A DNA stretch of 64,000 nucleotides from Octopus bimaculoides (lineage: Eukaryota), in assembly GCF_001194135.2 (NCBI RefSeq), contig NC_068984.1, forward strand, positions 118,488,680-118,552,679, written 5' to 3'. Each line of letters begins with the position of its first letter. The stretch's first letter is position 1. The position numbers and the translations under genes are program-made. The notes beneath the pieces were generated by a model. The model was not told the DNA's origin and searched no databases. It saw only the letters and a list, made by a program, of their open reading frames with translations. Below, piece after piece: positions 51,570-64,000 of this stretch.

Positions 51570-52839
51570 CCACTCTATGCACACTGTAAAGTAGTTGACA
51601 TTAAGTAGGACATCAAGCTATAGCAAGCATGTCGAGGCTCACACTGGAGCTTGGCACAACCCTGCAGCACACCAAATCATCCAACCAATGCCAGCATGGA
51701 AGATAGATGTTAAATGATGATGAGGAGAATGAGGATCAATTGTATAGATCCAGTGTTTGAAAATAGTTCAGATTTCTGGTGGATGAAACCTGAAGAATAG
51801 TCAAGAATAGAGAGGTGTCAGCAGCAAACGAGAATTAAGTTGACAGAAAGAAGGAAGAGAGTTACTAATGAGAAAAAATGAGTGCAAGGAGATAAGATAC
51901 TCTTGAGGAATGCTTGAAGTGATGTGAAGAGGAACTCCTTGCTAGTCTGGCTTATAAAGAATCTGCCAAGGCAACTGATCAAATTTGTATGTAAGAGATT
52001 TGCAAACAGCTTGTCATACAAGTGTTGTCAATCAAAAGCTCTGCATACGGGATGCTAGTAGATTTCAGGGTTAATCAGGAGAGCTTGTGCACCATTTCAG
52101 GGCATCCCTCTTGATGGCATTACAACACTGATACGAGGTCTCACCTACTGGATTGATTGACTGGTATTCGATCTTAATTCCTTCAACCCAGGATCATCAG
52201 CACCATTCTAAATGTGCAGTCTGACTTGCTTTATGGGCAAACAAGTACCTACCTCACACCTATATATTATTTCTCTAATCAGGTTTCGTCATCCCTTTTT
52301 AGCCACATCCAAGGCTGGCTCTCAATTGCTAACTGCATCTCTTGAAGTGATATGATGAAAAAATTTGCTGATAGTGTGACTTACAAAAAAAAATCTACCA
52401 AGCCAACTATTCAACTTCATATGTAATATATATATTCAGAGAGAGAGAGAGAGAGTTTAGTCAGTTGGGTATATTTAAAGTATGTATTAAAAATGATATC
52501 TGATACATAAAAGAGAATTCCTTAGTTGATGTTCTATAGAAAATATCAAATGCAAGCATGGATAATTGTGGATTGCTGCCTGTAGTTTTAATAAAGGAGG
52601 TACTAGTTGATAATTCCTTTATCTTGACAGGTTTTACTGTTGAGGACAATTTCACTAGGGTTTAGAAAAACTGGGAGTTTCTTAAGGTGAGCTAAATCTG
52701 TATATTTCTGGGTAAATGTTTGCACAGAGGGAAAGATATAGCAATTGAAGAAAGCTGAAGCTATTTCACAGACACAATACATACGGAAATCATCAGAGCA
52801 TATTGAATTCATAGTTAGAGAAATTGTTGTGTGTGCGTG

Positions 52840-52896
<57 letters not shown>

Positions 52897-53134
52897 CAAA
52901 TCTGTCAAACTGTCCAACCCATGCCAACATGGAAGATGGACATATATGTCAGAGGTCATATATGTGAATGTAACCTACACACATTTTTGTTTTTTGGTAC
53001 TTTTCTCTCTTTTTCTGTCTCCGTTCCACTCTTCCTTGTCTCTCTCTAGACTTTCACCTAGTATCCAATGAAGAACTCTGTCCAAAACATTACATTTTTA
53101 CTTTATAATGCTTTCTCTTCTTTGAGTATCAACT

Positions 53135-53355
53135 TAGTAATCCTTTCTACTATAGGTACAAGGCCTGAAATTTGGGGGAGTGGGTTAATCGGTTATGTCA
53201 TCCCCAGTGCATAACTGGTACTTAACTTATCGATCCTGAAAGGATGAAAGGCAAAGTCGACCTCGGCAGAATTTGAACTCAGAACATAGTGATGGGCGAA
53301 ATACCGCTAAGCATTTTGTCCAGCTTGCTAACAATTCTGCCAGATCGCCACCCTC
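53135..53355 (-). mobile_element. SINE-B copy
   Basis: AATCCTTTCTACTATAGG...GAATTTGAACTCAGAAC...CAGATCGCCACC. Confidence 0.85.
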
Positions 53356-53557
53356 TGTATCCACCTAATAATAGTAACTAGGAACATGCTTTGAACTATT
53401 GTTCTTGTTTCTTTTGTCTTGATATCTGTTTTGATATGTATGTGTGTGTGTGTGTGTGTGAATATATCTGGTGCAGCCATCTGGTTCGCCAGTCCTCAGT
53501 CAAATTGTCCAACCCATGCTAGCATGGAAAGCGGACATTAAACGATGATGATGATGA

Positions 53558-54836
53558 TTGGGTCATCTCATAAATAATGTGGTTTTTTTCAATTGCATGG
53601 ACTACTAAAAGTCGGAGGAGGATGGGATAAACTACCTGCATCAACTTGCTATAAAAGCAGGTAGTAATTTTACCTTGTACTTATTTTTAGTGCAAGTTTT
53701 GAAAAGTGCTGTTCGATTTTAACTGTTATTTTTTCAAAACTATAATGGAAGTGACAAAGGAGCATATTCAGCATATTTTGCTTTATGAGTTAAAAAAAGG
53801 CAACAATGCAATGGAAAGTGCAAGGAATATTAATGCAGTATATGGGGATCAGACAATAAGCATAAACCAGTGTCAACATTGGTTCCAGAAATTCCAAGCT
53901 GGAAATTACAGCCTAGAAGACGAGCCTCATCCTAGAAATTCTGTAGAGCTCAATGAGTGCATTCTGCAAATCTTGGTGGAACAAAATCCCATCATAACTT
54001 GAGGAACTAGCAGAGAAGCTTGGATTTGGTCATTCAACCATTCATCGACACCTGTGTGCCATTAGAAAAGTCATCAAATTGTGTCAATGGGTTCCTCACA
54101 AACTTTCCAAGTCTTATCACATGCAGAGAGTGAATGTGTGCTTTTCATTGCTGTCACATCTCACGAATGAACATTTTTTGGACCGAATAGTGACTGGTGA
54201 AGAGAAATAGGTTCTCTATAAAAATGTCAAGTACCGAAGACAGTGAGTAGGGAAACACCAGCACCCCAGGCTAAAGAAGGTCTTCACCCACATAAGGTGT
54301 TATCTGCTTGGTGGGATATGAAAGGTTTAGTCCACTTTGAACTTCTCAACCCAAACCAAATGATAACAAAGGAGATCTACTGTGAACAGCTTGAGCAGCT
54401 TAAGTCAGTGCTAGAAGTAAAACAACCATCTTTGGTTTCAAGATGAGAGGTGTTCTTCCATCAGGATAATGCTCAGCCACATACAGTGAGGATGACATTA
54501 CAAAGGCCGAAACAGTTTGAATGGGAAATGATGCCCCACCCACCATAATCGCTAGACATTGCCCCATCTGATTATCATTTATTCCGCAGTCTTCAAAGTC
54601 ATTTGGACGGAAAAAATATGAATTTTTATAGACGAGGTCAGAACAGTTCTGGAGGAGTTTTTTTGTCATGGACAAGTGAATTTTGGAAGAAAGGCCTTGC
54701 AAGTCTATCAGATAGATGGAAGGGCATTGTAGAAAATGAAGGAGAGTATATTTTAGATTAAAAAAGAACTTTGTGTGTCTTAATTTTGAAAAATAAAAGA
54801 AGTATAAATGACCGGATTATTTATGGGATGACCCAG
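53558..54836 (+). mobile_element. Full-length but decayed mariner (D,D34D) DNA transposon
   Basis: ~26-bp TIRs (TTGGGTCATCTCATAAATAATGTGGT and ACCGGATTATTTATGGGATGACCCAG, the latter followed by TA), 1279 bp. Broken transposase has an HTH N-terminus (MEVTKEHIQHILLYE...), IVTGEEK*, HQDNA and SLDIAPSDYHLF. The last two Asp codons (54465, 54570) are 34 residues apart. Contains stops and frameshifts. Confidence 0.93.
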
Positions 54837-55151
54837 TATGTGTGTGTAATGTTTTGAAACTTACATATTGTCTGGATATAATGTGCAAGGAATATTTTAG
54901 GGATTAATTTAACATAGGATAAAAAGGATAAACATCCTTCCGGAGTCATATAGACTCACAAAGGCCAATTTCACAGTTTCCATGGCGTTATTATTCCCCA
55001 CGTCACATCACCCTTCCAGGAATTGAAACCACAATCTTACAATCATGAGTCCAACACCCTGACCATTAAGTCATGTACCTCTACAGTTTAACAATAGGCT
55101 TTAACTTATTTACAATTATTTTATTTTTTTTTTTTGATTTTATCTTTCCAG

Positions 55152-55292
55152 GAGAATCTATTGCAATTTCAGCCGAGTTCGATAATTGGTCATCAAGAAC
55201 AGTTACACCTTATGCTTCCTTGCATCAAACACAAGCATTTTTTGCAAATGGAAAATCTAGAGTACGCCGTACCAAATTTACTGTTCTCACAG
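55152..55292 (+). CDS. ARRDC3: Alpha-arrestin (ARRDC3-like) internal coding exon, arrestin-C domain (probable exon 5)
   Basis: tctttccag| acceptor and ACAG|gtatgt donor. 141 nt, phase 1 to phase 1, encoding (G)ESIAISAEFDNWSSRTVTPYASLHQTQAFFANGKSRVRRTKFTVLT(G). No following exon was found before 64000. Confidence 0.96.
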
Positions 55293-55340
55293 GTATGTTT
55301 TTATTTTCATTCTACTCTGTTTTATTTTTTCACAGAACAT

Positions 55341-55535
55341 ACTCTTTTACTTGTCTCAGTCATTTGACTGCGGCCATGCTGGAGCACCGCCTTTAGTCGA
55401 GCAAATCGACCCCAGGACTTATTCTTTGTAAGCCTAGTACTTATTCTATCGGTCTCTTTTTGCTGAACCGCTAAGTTACGGGGAAGTAAACACACCAGTA
55501 TCGGTTGTCAAGCGATGGTAGGGGGACAAACACAG

Positions 55536-55572
<37 letters not shown>

Positions 55573-55736
55573 CGACGGGCTTCTTTCAGTTTCCGTCTAC
55601 CAAATCCACTCACAAGGCTTTGGTCGGCCCGAGGTTATAGTAGGAGACACTTGCCCAAGGTGCCACGCAGTGGGACTGAACACGGAACCATGTGGTTGGT
55701 AAGCAAGCTACTTACCACACAGCCACTCCTGCGCCT
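55341..55736 (-). mobile_element. SINE-A, full-length young copy of the tRNA-headed SINE
   Basis: Head GGCGCAGGAGTGGCTGTGTGGTAAG (A box) and GTTCAGTCCC (B box), internal (AT)n, tail GACAAGTAAAAGAGT. Starts 49 bp after the exon donor. Confidence 0.9.
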
Positions 55737-55841
55737 ACATGTGGAATTTCATATTTTCTTGTGATGATTTATAGTAATTTTGGGAACAAGTTTTGATGTT
55801 TTTTTTCTTTTCATTTTTTTTAAAAGAAAAATGTAACTGGA

Positions 55842-56150
55842 AATAATCCTTTCTACATTTGGTACAAGGCCTGAAACTTTAAGGGACGAGGTTACATTAA
55901 CCCTCAAAGGATAAAAGGCAAAGACAACCTTGGCAGAATTAGAACTCAGAACATAAAGAGAGACAAAATACCACGAAGCATTTTGTTTGGCATGCTAATG
56001 ATTCTGCTATTTTGCTGCTGTCCTAATGAGAAATAATCCTTTGTACTAAAGGTACAAGGCCTGAAATTTTGTGGGAGGGGACTTGTCGATTACATCGACC
56101 CCCAGTGTCTCACTGGTTCTTATATTATTGACCCTGAAAGGATGAACGGT
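55842..56150 (-). mobile_element. Two head-to-tail SINE-B copies (second partial)
   Basis: AATAATCCTTT...GGTACAAGGCCTGAAA tails at ~55842 and ~56032. Confidence 0.75.
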
Positions 56151-57236
56151 AAGAGAGACTGGTAGACTAAGTACCAGCCCTAAAAGAAAAATAAATACTA
56201 GGGTTGATTCATTTGACTAAAAATTCTTCAAGGCGATGACGGAAACCAGTAAAAGATGAAAGAAGATATGTGAGGATATATCAAAATGCCTGCACACGCT
56301 TTCCTGGTGAACTGCAAACAAACAACACTGTATGAATGGTGAGGCCTCATTTAAAATGAGCATACATGTCAAAATGAGAAGAATATGCATTTGCGTGTTC
56401 ACACAGACACACACACACACACACTCACTCTCTCTCTCTCTCTCGCTCTCTCTGTCTTATATACACATGAAAGCATGCATACACTTACACACACACGCAC
56501 ACACATACACGTGCATTCAAGTAATCATGTATGCGGCAGGCTGTTTTGGTTTTTCCATCCACAAAATTTCACTCACAAGGACATTGGTCTGCCTGTGGCT
56601 ATAACAGAAGACACCACCTAGCATTGTTTGTGCAGTGGAACTGAACTTCTAACCATTTGGTTCCAAAGCAAACTTCTTAACCATACAGCCATCTCTGTGC
56701 CATTTGTATGTAGACCTCAGTAATTCATACAGGTGTCTATATTTGTAGAAACATCCTGTTTGATAGATTTATATTGCAAAGAACCTTTATCAAAGACAAA
56801 GGGTTATAAGAATCTATATAATAGATTGGCCAAGACTATTAGGATTGTCGGTGGAAATAGAGTAGACTAGTGATATTCTGAATTGGCAAGACTTGCTTTG
56901 GAAATCAATTCAGAATGAAGTTCATTTGGCTCTGTTTGCAGAAGAAATATTAATGTTATAGATATTGAATAAAAATGGATAAGAAGTTTGCAGACAGATG
57001 TTTATTAATGGTGGCTGAATTACGTAAATGTTGAGCAATGTAATCGAGGCTAATTAGATGAGGATGGAACAAATGGCAAATGGTTACTTGATTAGATTTA
57101 ATTAAATCAAAGATTCCCAACCATTCTCATTTCATTTGTCCCCTGGCAACATTTCGTTAATAAATTTATTCCGACCCTCTTTTTTTTTTTTTTGCCAGCA
57201 ATTTAAGCTGATACTTTCATAATAATAAAATAACAG

Positions 57237-58729
57237 ATAAGAGGGAAATTTAAAATGCTGCTTTTAAACAGTATTTTAATCATTATCATTTTAATGTCTA
57301 CTTTTCCATGGTTGCATGGGTCAGGCATGAGTATATCAGGACAGAGTTTTCTATGGTCAGTACCCTTCCAGTCACCCTCCCCCACAACTTGTTTCAAGGC
57401 AAGATCATCATCATTGTTTAATGCCTGTGTTTCCCATGATGGCATGGATTGGATGGTTTGACAGGAGCTGATATTGCTAGGGAACTGCACCCAGCTCCAG
57501 TGTCTGCTTTGGCATGGTTTCTACAGCTGGAGGCCCTTCCTAACACCAGCCACTTTGCAGAATGTACAAGGTGCTTTTTATGTGGCTTCATCACTAGGGA
57601 AGTCACCAAGTTATTCACAAGATCCTCCATCAACTGAGGTGTGTTTAGTATGCCAAGTCAAAGGTTAAAGGCATTATAGAGGTTAATGACATTATAGAGA
57701 GATAGAAACAAATGTTTTGCAGTAGAGATGTTTTAAAATTATTATTATAGGTCCAGATAACAATGAAAATAGAGCATAATGTCATTCCATGTATTTATAA
57801 TGATGACCATCTATTAGAATGAAACACAGTCATGTAAATTAGTATTTCATTAGCAATATATTAATTAAGAACTATACAGTTCAAATTGTTAAATAGAAAA
57901 GAGGTAAAAAAAGCAAAATTGAATTGGTAGTTTTCATGAAATAGGCATACTTAATATTTTCTTCTCACTTCCAGATTTTTTTAAAAATCTGGAAATGCCA
58001 GTCCACATAAAAAGCACCTGTGCCAGTCCACATAATAAGCAACCATGCTGGTGTCTCATAAAAAGCACCCAGCACATTCTGTGAAGTGGTTGGCATTAGG
58101 AAAGGCTGTAGAAACCAAACCAAATCAGGCTGGAACCTGGTATAGCTACTCAGCTTGCCAGCTCTGGTCAAACCATCCAACCCATCAAACTATCAAACCA
58201 TCCAACCCATCAAACCATCAAACCATCCAACCGATGCCAACCTGGAAAATGGATGTTAAATGATGATGATGATGATATAATTGAAAAAAAAATTGTTTAA
58301 ATCCAGAATCAGCAAATTTACCCCTTGGGTAGATGAAATTTGCCCCTGGTAGTAGATTTACTTCAGTTTGGGAAGCCCTGAATTAAATCATACTAAGGTA
58401 CTGGCATGGCATGGTCACAGATGGATTTCTAAGACCATTAAAAATAATAGTTGGTTTGTTTACATCTCTGTAACTTAGTGGTTTGGCAAAAGAGACCAAT
58501 AGAAAAAGTACTGGACTTAAAAAAAAGTACCGGAGTTGATTTGTTTAACTAAAACAAGAGAGAAATAAGAGGGAAATTTAAAATGCTGCTTTTAAACAGT
58601 ATTTTAATCATTATCATTTTAATGTCTACTTTTCCATGCTTGCATGGGTCAGGCATGAGTATATCAGGACAGAGTTTTCTATGGTCAGTACCCTTCCAGT
58701 CACCCTCCCCCACAACTTGTTTCAAGGCA
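57237..58729 (+). repeat. 165-bp near-identical direct repeat pair (57237-57401 and 58565-58729)
   Basis: One mismatch seen (CATGGTTGC vs CATGCTTGC); offset 1328 bp. Confidence 0.9.
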
Positions 58730-59539
58730 GCACCCCGCCATGGTTGCAGCCCAACACATAAAACAGATAAAAGAGAAAGAGTGGTGAGATTGACATGTTT
58801 GCAAATTCACGAGCAAAGAGTCCTGTTGAAGTAGGCAGAATTTATTAGTTTAAAGGCTGTTAACATTTGAGATTGATGAAGATTTATATGTGAGTCTCAT
58901 GTTATGGTTGTTATGCATATTTAATGGATGTCAATATGACAGAGCTGATATCTTACAACATGTTTAACACTGATGATGAAGAAGTACTAGCAGGTCTGTT
59001 GTCACCGTTGTCATCATCATCATCATCATCATCATCATTAGCAGCAGCACTATCATTGTTTTACATCTATTTTTTCCCATGGGTTGAATGGGTCTGTTCC
59101 AACACAGCATCTCTCTCTGCTCGTTGCAGTCGTTTGTCATCTGATTATACACAAGAGAGAAAAAAAAAAAAAACTAACAATTTTTGTTGCTTGTATGTTG
59201 TTTTTGGTATGGTCTTTATGGATGAATGTCTGTGTTATTACTAATCACATAGCAACATGTTCTAGATGCATTTTATCATGCCTCTGGCATTAAAGAAGTT
59301 GTCTGTCATGGTTAAAGTGTCCACTCTGCTCTTTATTAGTGTTTAATCTGAGTTGCTGTTTGATTGAGCAGATCGATGATCAAAGGTATTCTAATTATGA
59401 CTGTCAATTTTTTTTAGCAATATACAAGACACAGAGAGCAATTTATGGGATATTTGGCTGCTATTTCCAGCAATTTAAGTGACCACATAAAGAGATCCTT
59501 GTTGGCTCATCCTAGACAAGCTGCCTTTGCTTGTGCATG

Positions 59540-62000
59540 CGACATCCATGTTTCCTTTGTGTAATAAGGGCCAAAGAAAACCTTTGTCATATGCTGTTGG
59601 GTTTGTTCAGAGTACCTACTTCCTAAATTGGTTACTTTCACTACAGTTGGGAATCCATATCCCTTTATGATATAGTGAGGGGACTTTAGCTACTGAAGGA
59701 GGTGGCTTGACATAAGGTTGTTTCTGCTTTCTAGGTAAAGAGAGAGATTGAATATACAGTGATAATAAGGCCTTCACCGTGATGCTAGGTATAGAGTACT
59801 GATTTCTTTCTACTTATTAAAACTTTGGTCTTCACCAAATTTATTAAAAAACTTCTCAATTCCTGGCTTTTGTTTCCATATTTGTAATTTACTCTCTAAC
59901 TCTTCCACATACACTACTAGGTCATCAGCATATAAGAGTTCCCTCAGACAGCTAGTCATAAACTCCTCTGTTATAGCTTGAACTATAATAAATTGGAGGG
60001 GACTTAAAACGGAGCTTTGGGGAACACCTAAATTTCTCAGTGTTATTGCAAACTTACACTTTGTTGACTGCATCTCTGTACATGGCTTGCAACAAACTAT
60101 TCATCTACACTTAATTTTTTTTTCTAACATCACTAAACTATAGATTGTGGTACTCTGCCAAAGTCTTCTCCAAATCAACAAATGTTAGGTAGAGAGGCTT
60201 ACTCAGCCAAAAAAAAAAACTTTTTGTGATGTCTCATTATAAAGAGAGCAATCTAAACTAAATCTCTTTAACCCTTTTGTTAACATACTTCTGTTGAAAT
60301 ATGTTGCCTTTTTTTGAATTAATTTTCAAGATAATAAAAAATTTAGTAATATATTTTGGTCATTATTAAGCTGCTGCTTGAAATATAAATTTGCATGAAA
60401 TTTCAAAGGAAGGTTTTAATTTAGCCTACTTTAAACAGGAAGTTTGTATCATAGAACCAAGGATAGGTTAAAGGGGCTTCTTTCCATAATCAAGAAAGTC
60501 TAGACCTTTTCTGTTACTTTCATAACTTGATCCACCAGTTTAATACCCCTATAATTGTCTCTTTCCAAAGCATCTCATTTGCCCTTGCAGCAGTTGATGA
60601 TTATATTGATACAGCAGTCACTGGGTATGAATACTTCCATGTATTACCTGGTTGATTATGTGAGTGACTAGCTGCTGCTCTTCTTTATCATATATTTTCA
60701 GTATTTCAATGACTATACCTGATGGACCTCCTCATATCTTTAACAGCCATTTTGCTCTTATAACTGTCCACTTCAATAGCTGGCCCCTCTATTGGGTAGA
60801 CTTGGTGTAGTTCCTCTTCCTCCCACATATTCCAAATTCACCAACATCTCATTATAACATTTCCAAGCTTCTTTCTTCTCAACATTAGTCAGAGTAAGTG
60901 AGCTGCTATTATTTTGAATATACTTTTCCCTAATGACATCTTAATTTATTCTGACATACTGCTTTGCAATACAGAACAACTCATAATTCTGATCTTCTCA
61001 CAACAGAACACTGGCAAACTTTCTATTTTCTACTTCTCTTCAAGCTATGCGCATTTATTATCAAGTTTCTCTCTTAGTTACATGATATAGTTCTTTGCTA
61101 TCCACATTCTTCCAGTTTTTCCATACCTGTCTGTTAGCTTTTATGACTCTGTTGATAGCATTGATCTTCCACCATGTTACCTTGCTCTGATCACAGAACT
61201 TACTTTCAGCAAGTTGTACTGTAAGAAACTCCCAGTTATCTTCTGTGTTATAGATTATAAATTTCTAATTCCTTTATGTCAAACATATGTAGAGTAGCTC
61301 TGAACATATAATTTGTAGCAGAAGGATGTTTCAGTTTCTGTACTGTCTGTCTCCAGCATGTCTTTTGTCTTTCGGTTTATTTGATTGTTATTCCAAAGTC
61401 ACTAGTCAGTACCTAAGTTGTGCCTGTCCTGTTTTTTTTTGGTGAGTCTATCTAGCTTGCATGTCTGCTTGATTGAAAGGAGAGCAGGTGGCTGGTTGAT
61501 TTTCTAAAAGTTGCTTTGTAGATGTTTATTTTATTTGCATCACATAACTTTAATAGTCTTGATCCCTTTTCATTCTGAGAACTGTATACATACTCACCAT
61601 GTACTCCAGAGTAGCTGTCACCATGCTACCCAACATGTCCATTGAAATCACCTATAAAGAAAATGATGTTAGTATCATTTATCAAAATGGTTCACTATAA
61701 GGCTTCATAAAGCTTATGTCATTTGTCTATTTCTCTGTCTCTTGTAAGCCTACTTCACTTAAGCCAGCATTGTTACCTACCCATAAAAGAATTTGCATCT
61801 GTCTTCTTTACCTGATAGGTTCTGGCTGAGACTCTTCTCCAATACACCCTTGCACCTACTTTCCTTCACACCTACATTCCTTCACCCTAGTATCACTCTA
61901 ATCTCACCAGATCTACCTTTCATTGTGTCAGTATTGACAAATATGGTTCTGAATTTCTGAAGTTGGATGGATTGATATGCAAGGTCTGTTTTTTGTACCT
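59540..62000 (-). mobile_element. Decayed RTE-clade LINE (APE endonuclease + RT), interrupted by a MITE at ~60272-60476
   Basis: Minus strand gives IIFFIGDFNGHVG (~61625-61670, APE motif) and LGVPQSSVLSPLQFII...LLYADDLV (59900-60040, RT motifs). Confidence 0.88.
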
Positions 62001-63327
62001 GAAGTGAGGTGTGTGATTATTTGATGATGGTCAAGAGATGGTTGCACTTATTTAGATGTTTCCTCCTGTCCACCTAACTACTGTACGCAACACTAACAGG
62101 GTAAATGCTAGTCCTGTGTATACATCTTTGTCAATATATTGGATTATTTATTATTTTACAGGCTGGATGCCTCTCCTATCACCAACCACTTTACAACTTG
62201 AATTGGGTGCGTTTTATCTTGCCACCACTTCTAGATAGGTTGTTTGTCAGGACTAAAGTGTCCCTTCCATGTTATGTATGTTTTATTCAGAGTTACAGCT
62301 CTCTTAAGCAGGCTGTTTTTGCTGTGGCTTGTGGAGTTCATGTCTTTTCCTTATAGACCTTCAGTCACAGTGTACAATGCTAAAGTTACAGCTCTAAGTA
62401 CACTGTGTTATCTGGAAGGAAGACGAGAAGGAATGTGATAAAAGGTTATAGAAACCATCAGACGTCTTGATAGATAGGGAAAGGAGAATCTGGAAGAGAG
62501 AAGGAAAGAATGGAGTGTGAGAGTGAGCATTTGGGAGTAAGACAGATGAAATGACGAGGTAAAGTCAGAAAAAGATATATATGTATAGATAGATAGATAG
62601 ATTAGGAGAGAAAGAGAAATAAGAGATGCGATGGTGGAGATAGAAAAGAGTTAGGCAAGAGAGGTAGGATCGAAAGAGAAAGATATGAATGGACATGTTA
62701 GAATTGTAAAGAGAGAAGGAAAGACCTGTAGGAGAGTAATAAGACGGGGAGGAAGAAGGGGATTTGAAGTGAAGATAGTGAGAAGAGAGAAAGATAAGAT
62801 TATGCTGTCAATATGGGAGCATTAAGAACCTGTCCCTGTATGGCTCAACAGCGAAGGGAGAGAATCCAGAAAGACTTTATGGAAATAAGTGGTGGGTACA
62901 TGAGGGAATAGGCACTTGTGTTTGTATTTGTTTATTAAAAGAAATCACCAGTTTCTTTTTAAAGACCATGCAGCACCAATCCTTTTTCAAATGAACAGTG
63001 AATAAACATGCATAAAAATAATACAAAAAAACTCAATCTTATCTTAAGAATCCGTGTTTCAGTAAGGCCATTAAAATATGACATCATAAAATTTTTTTAC
63101 AGAACAATATCTGTTTCTGTAGTCAATTGTCTGTTTTGTCATGGATCACTGTTCCTACGTAGAAATATATGACTTAGTCATGGCAGCAACAGCTCATATC
63201 TGTGTTAGTCTGTCATCATGAATCATTGTTTTCTTTATATACTACACAACAAAAATCCTTTTGTGAATAGATAGCAAAATATTTGTAGTGAGTGTGTGTG
63301 TGTGTGTTTTATATATATATACATATA

Positions 63328-63481
63328 TCTGGGAGTGGCTGTGTGATAAGTAGCTTGCTTACCATCCACATGGTTCTGGGTTCAGTCCCACTGCGTGGCA
63401 GCTTGGGCAAGTGTCTTCTACAATAGCCACAGGCTGACCAAAGCCTTGTCAATGGATTTGGTAGATGGAAACTGAAAAAAG

Positions 63482-63490
<9 letters not shown>
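63328..63490 (+). mobile_element. SINE-A head and 5' body ending in (AT)n
   Basis: GGGAGTGGCTGTGTGATAAGTAGCTTGC...GGAAACTGAAAAAAGGCC. Confidence 0.85.
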
Positions 63491-63547
<57 letters not shown>

Positions 63548-63553
63548 ATATAT

Positions 63554-63791
63554 ATAGAAGAGTATTGTGGTTCGCTTGAAGCATTGTGTATTGCTTGTAA
63601 AATATAACATGTCTTAAATGGCAAAACAATCAGATGCCAAATAAAATTTTCTAAATGCTGCCTTATATCAGACTATAGATAATTAAATTATAACAGTTAT
63701 CATAGTCCATTCTGCATTGTTGTGCTATTCGAGAACGTTATGTTTTACACACAATATACAATGCTTCAGGCGAACTACAATACTCTCCTAT
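63554..63791. repeat. Fold-back element with ~77-bp arms, followed by a partial direct copy of its interior (~63860-63975)
   Basis: ATAGAAGAGTATTGTGGTTCGCTTGAAGCATTGTGTATTG pairs with CAATATACAATGCTTCAGGCGAACTACAATACTCTCCTAT, and pairing continues inward. Confidence 0.8.
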
Positions 63792-63969
63792 CTCTACATC
63801 TGGGCCAGGCTGAGTTCACAACCACTAGGGAGTTAATCAAGCGATTGGAGAAACGTGCTAAAATTGGATGCCAAATACTTTCTTAAGCACTGCCTTATAT
63901 CAGACTTTGGATAATTAAATTATAACAGTTATTATATTCCACTCTGCATTATTGTGCCATTCAAGACAC

Positions 63970-64000
<31 letters not shown>

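Noticed and set aside
52155-52205. Minus-strand CTGATGA...GATC-GAAT-ACCAGTC
   Set aside because: GAAA box is broken and there is no helix I.
52752-52800. Minus-strand GCT-CTGATGA...GAAA-TAGCT-TC-AGC
   Set aside because: Helices II and III do not pair convincingly; compatible with chance.

Overview
AT-rich, microsatellite-dense eukaryotic genomic DNA with five assembly gaps. The repeat families suggest an octopod cephalopod, probably Octopus; this is inferred, not proven. The window lies inside one + strand alpha-arrestin (ARRDC3/TXNIP-like) gene. Four in-phase internal coding exons are at 28303-28375, 42815-42962, 48542-48644 and 55152-55292; the first and last exons fall outside the window. 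The introns contain tRNA-derived SINEs (local labels SINE-A, B, C, D), decayed RTE and CR1-like LINE fragments, a decayed DD34D mariner, a fold-back Tc1/mariner derivative and MITEs. None of the other listed ATG ORFs is a credible intact gene. The most interesting signal is a set of minimal type I hammerhead ribozyme motifs of the Penelope-like element/retrozyme class. One at 34795-34837 (+) has an intact catalytic core and caps a ~40-bp RNA rod inside a 352-bp unit bounded by a 30-bp direct repeat, in the sense strand of the host intron. A second with an intact core is at 27187-27233 (-). Decayed ones are at 13603-13638 (in a 187-bp insert with a 14-bp TSD), 33737-33776, 6511-6618 (tandem pair) and possibly 25770-25805. 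All RNA folds were done by eye and need computational and biochemical confirmation.
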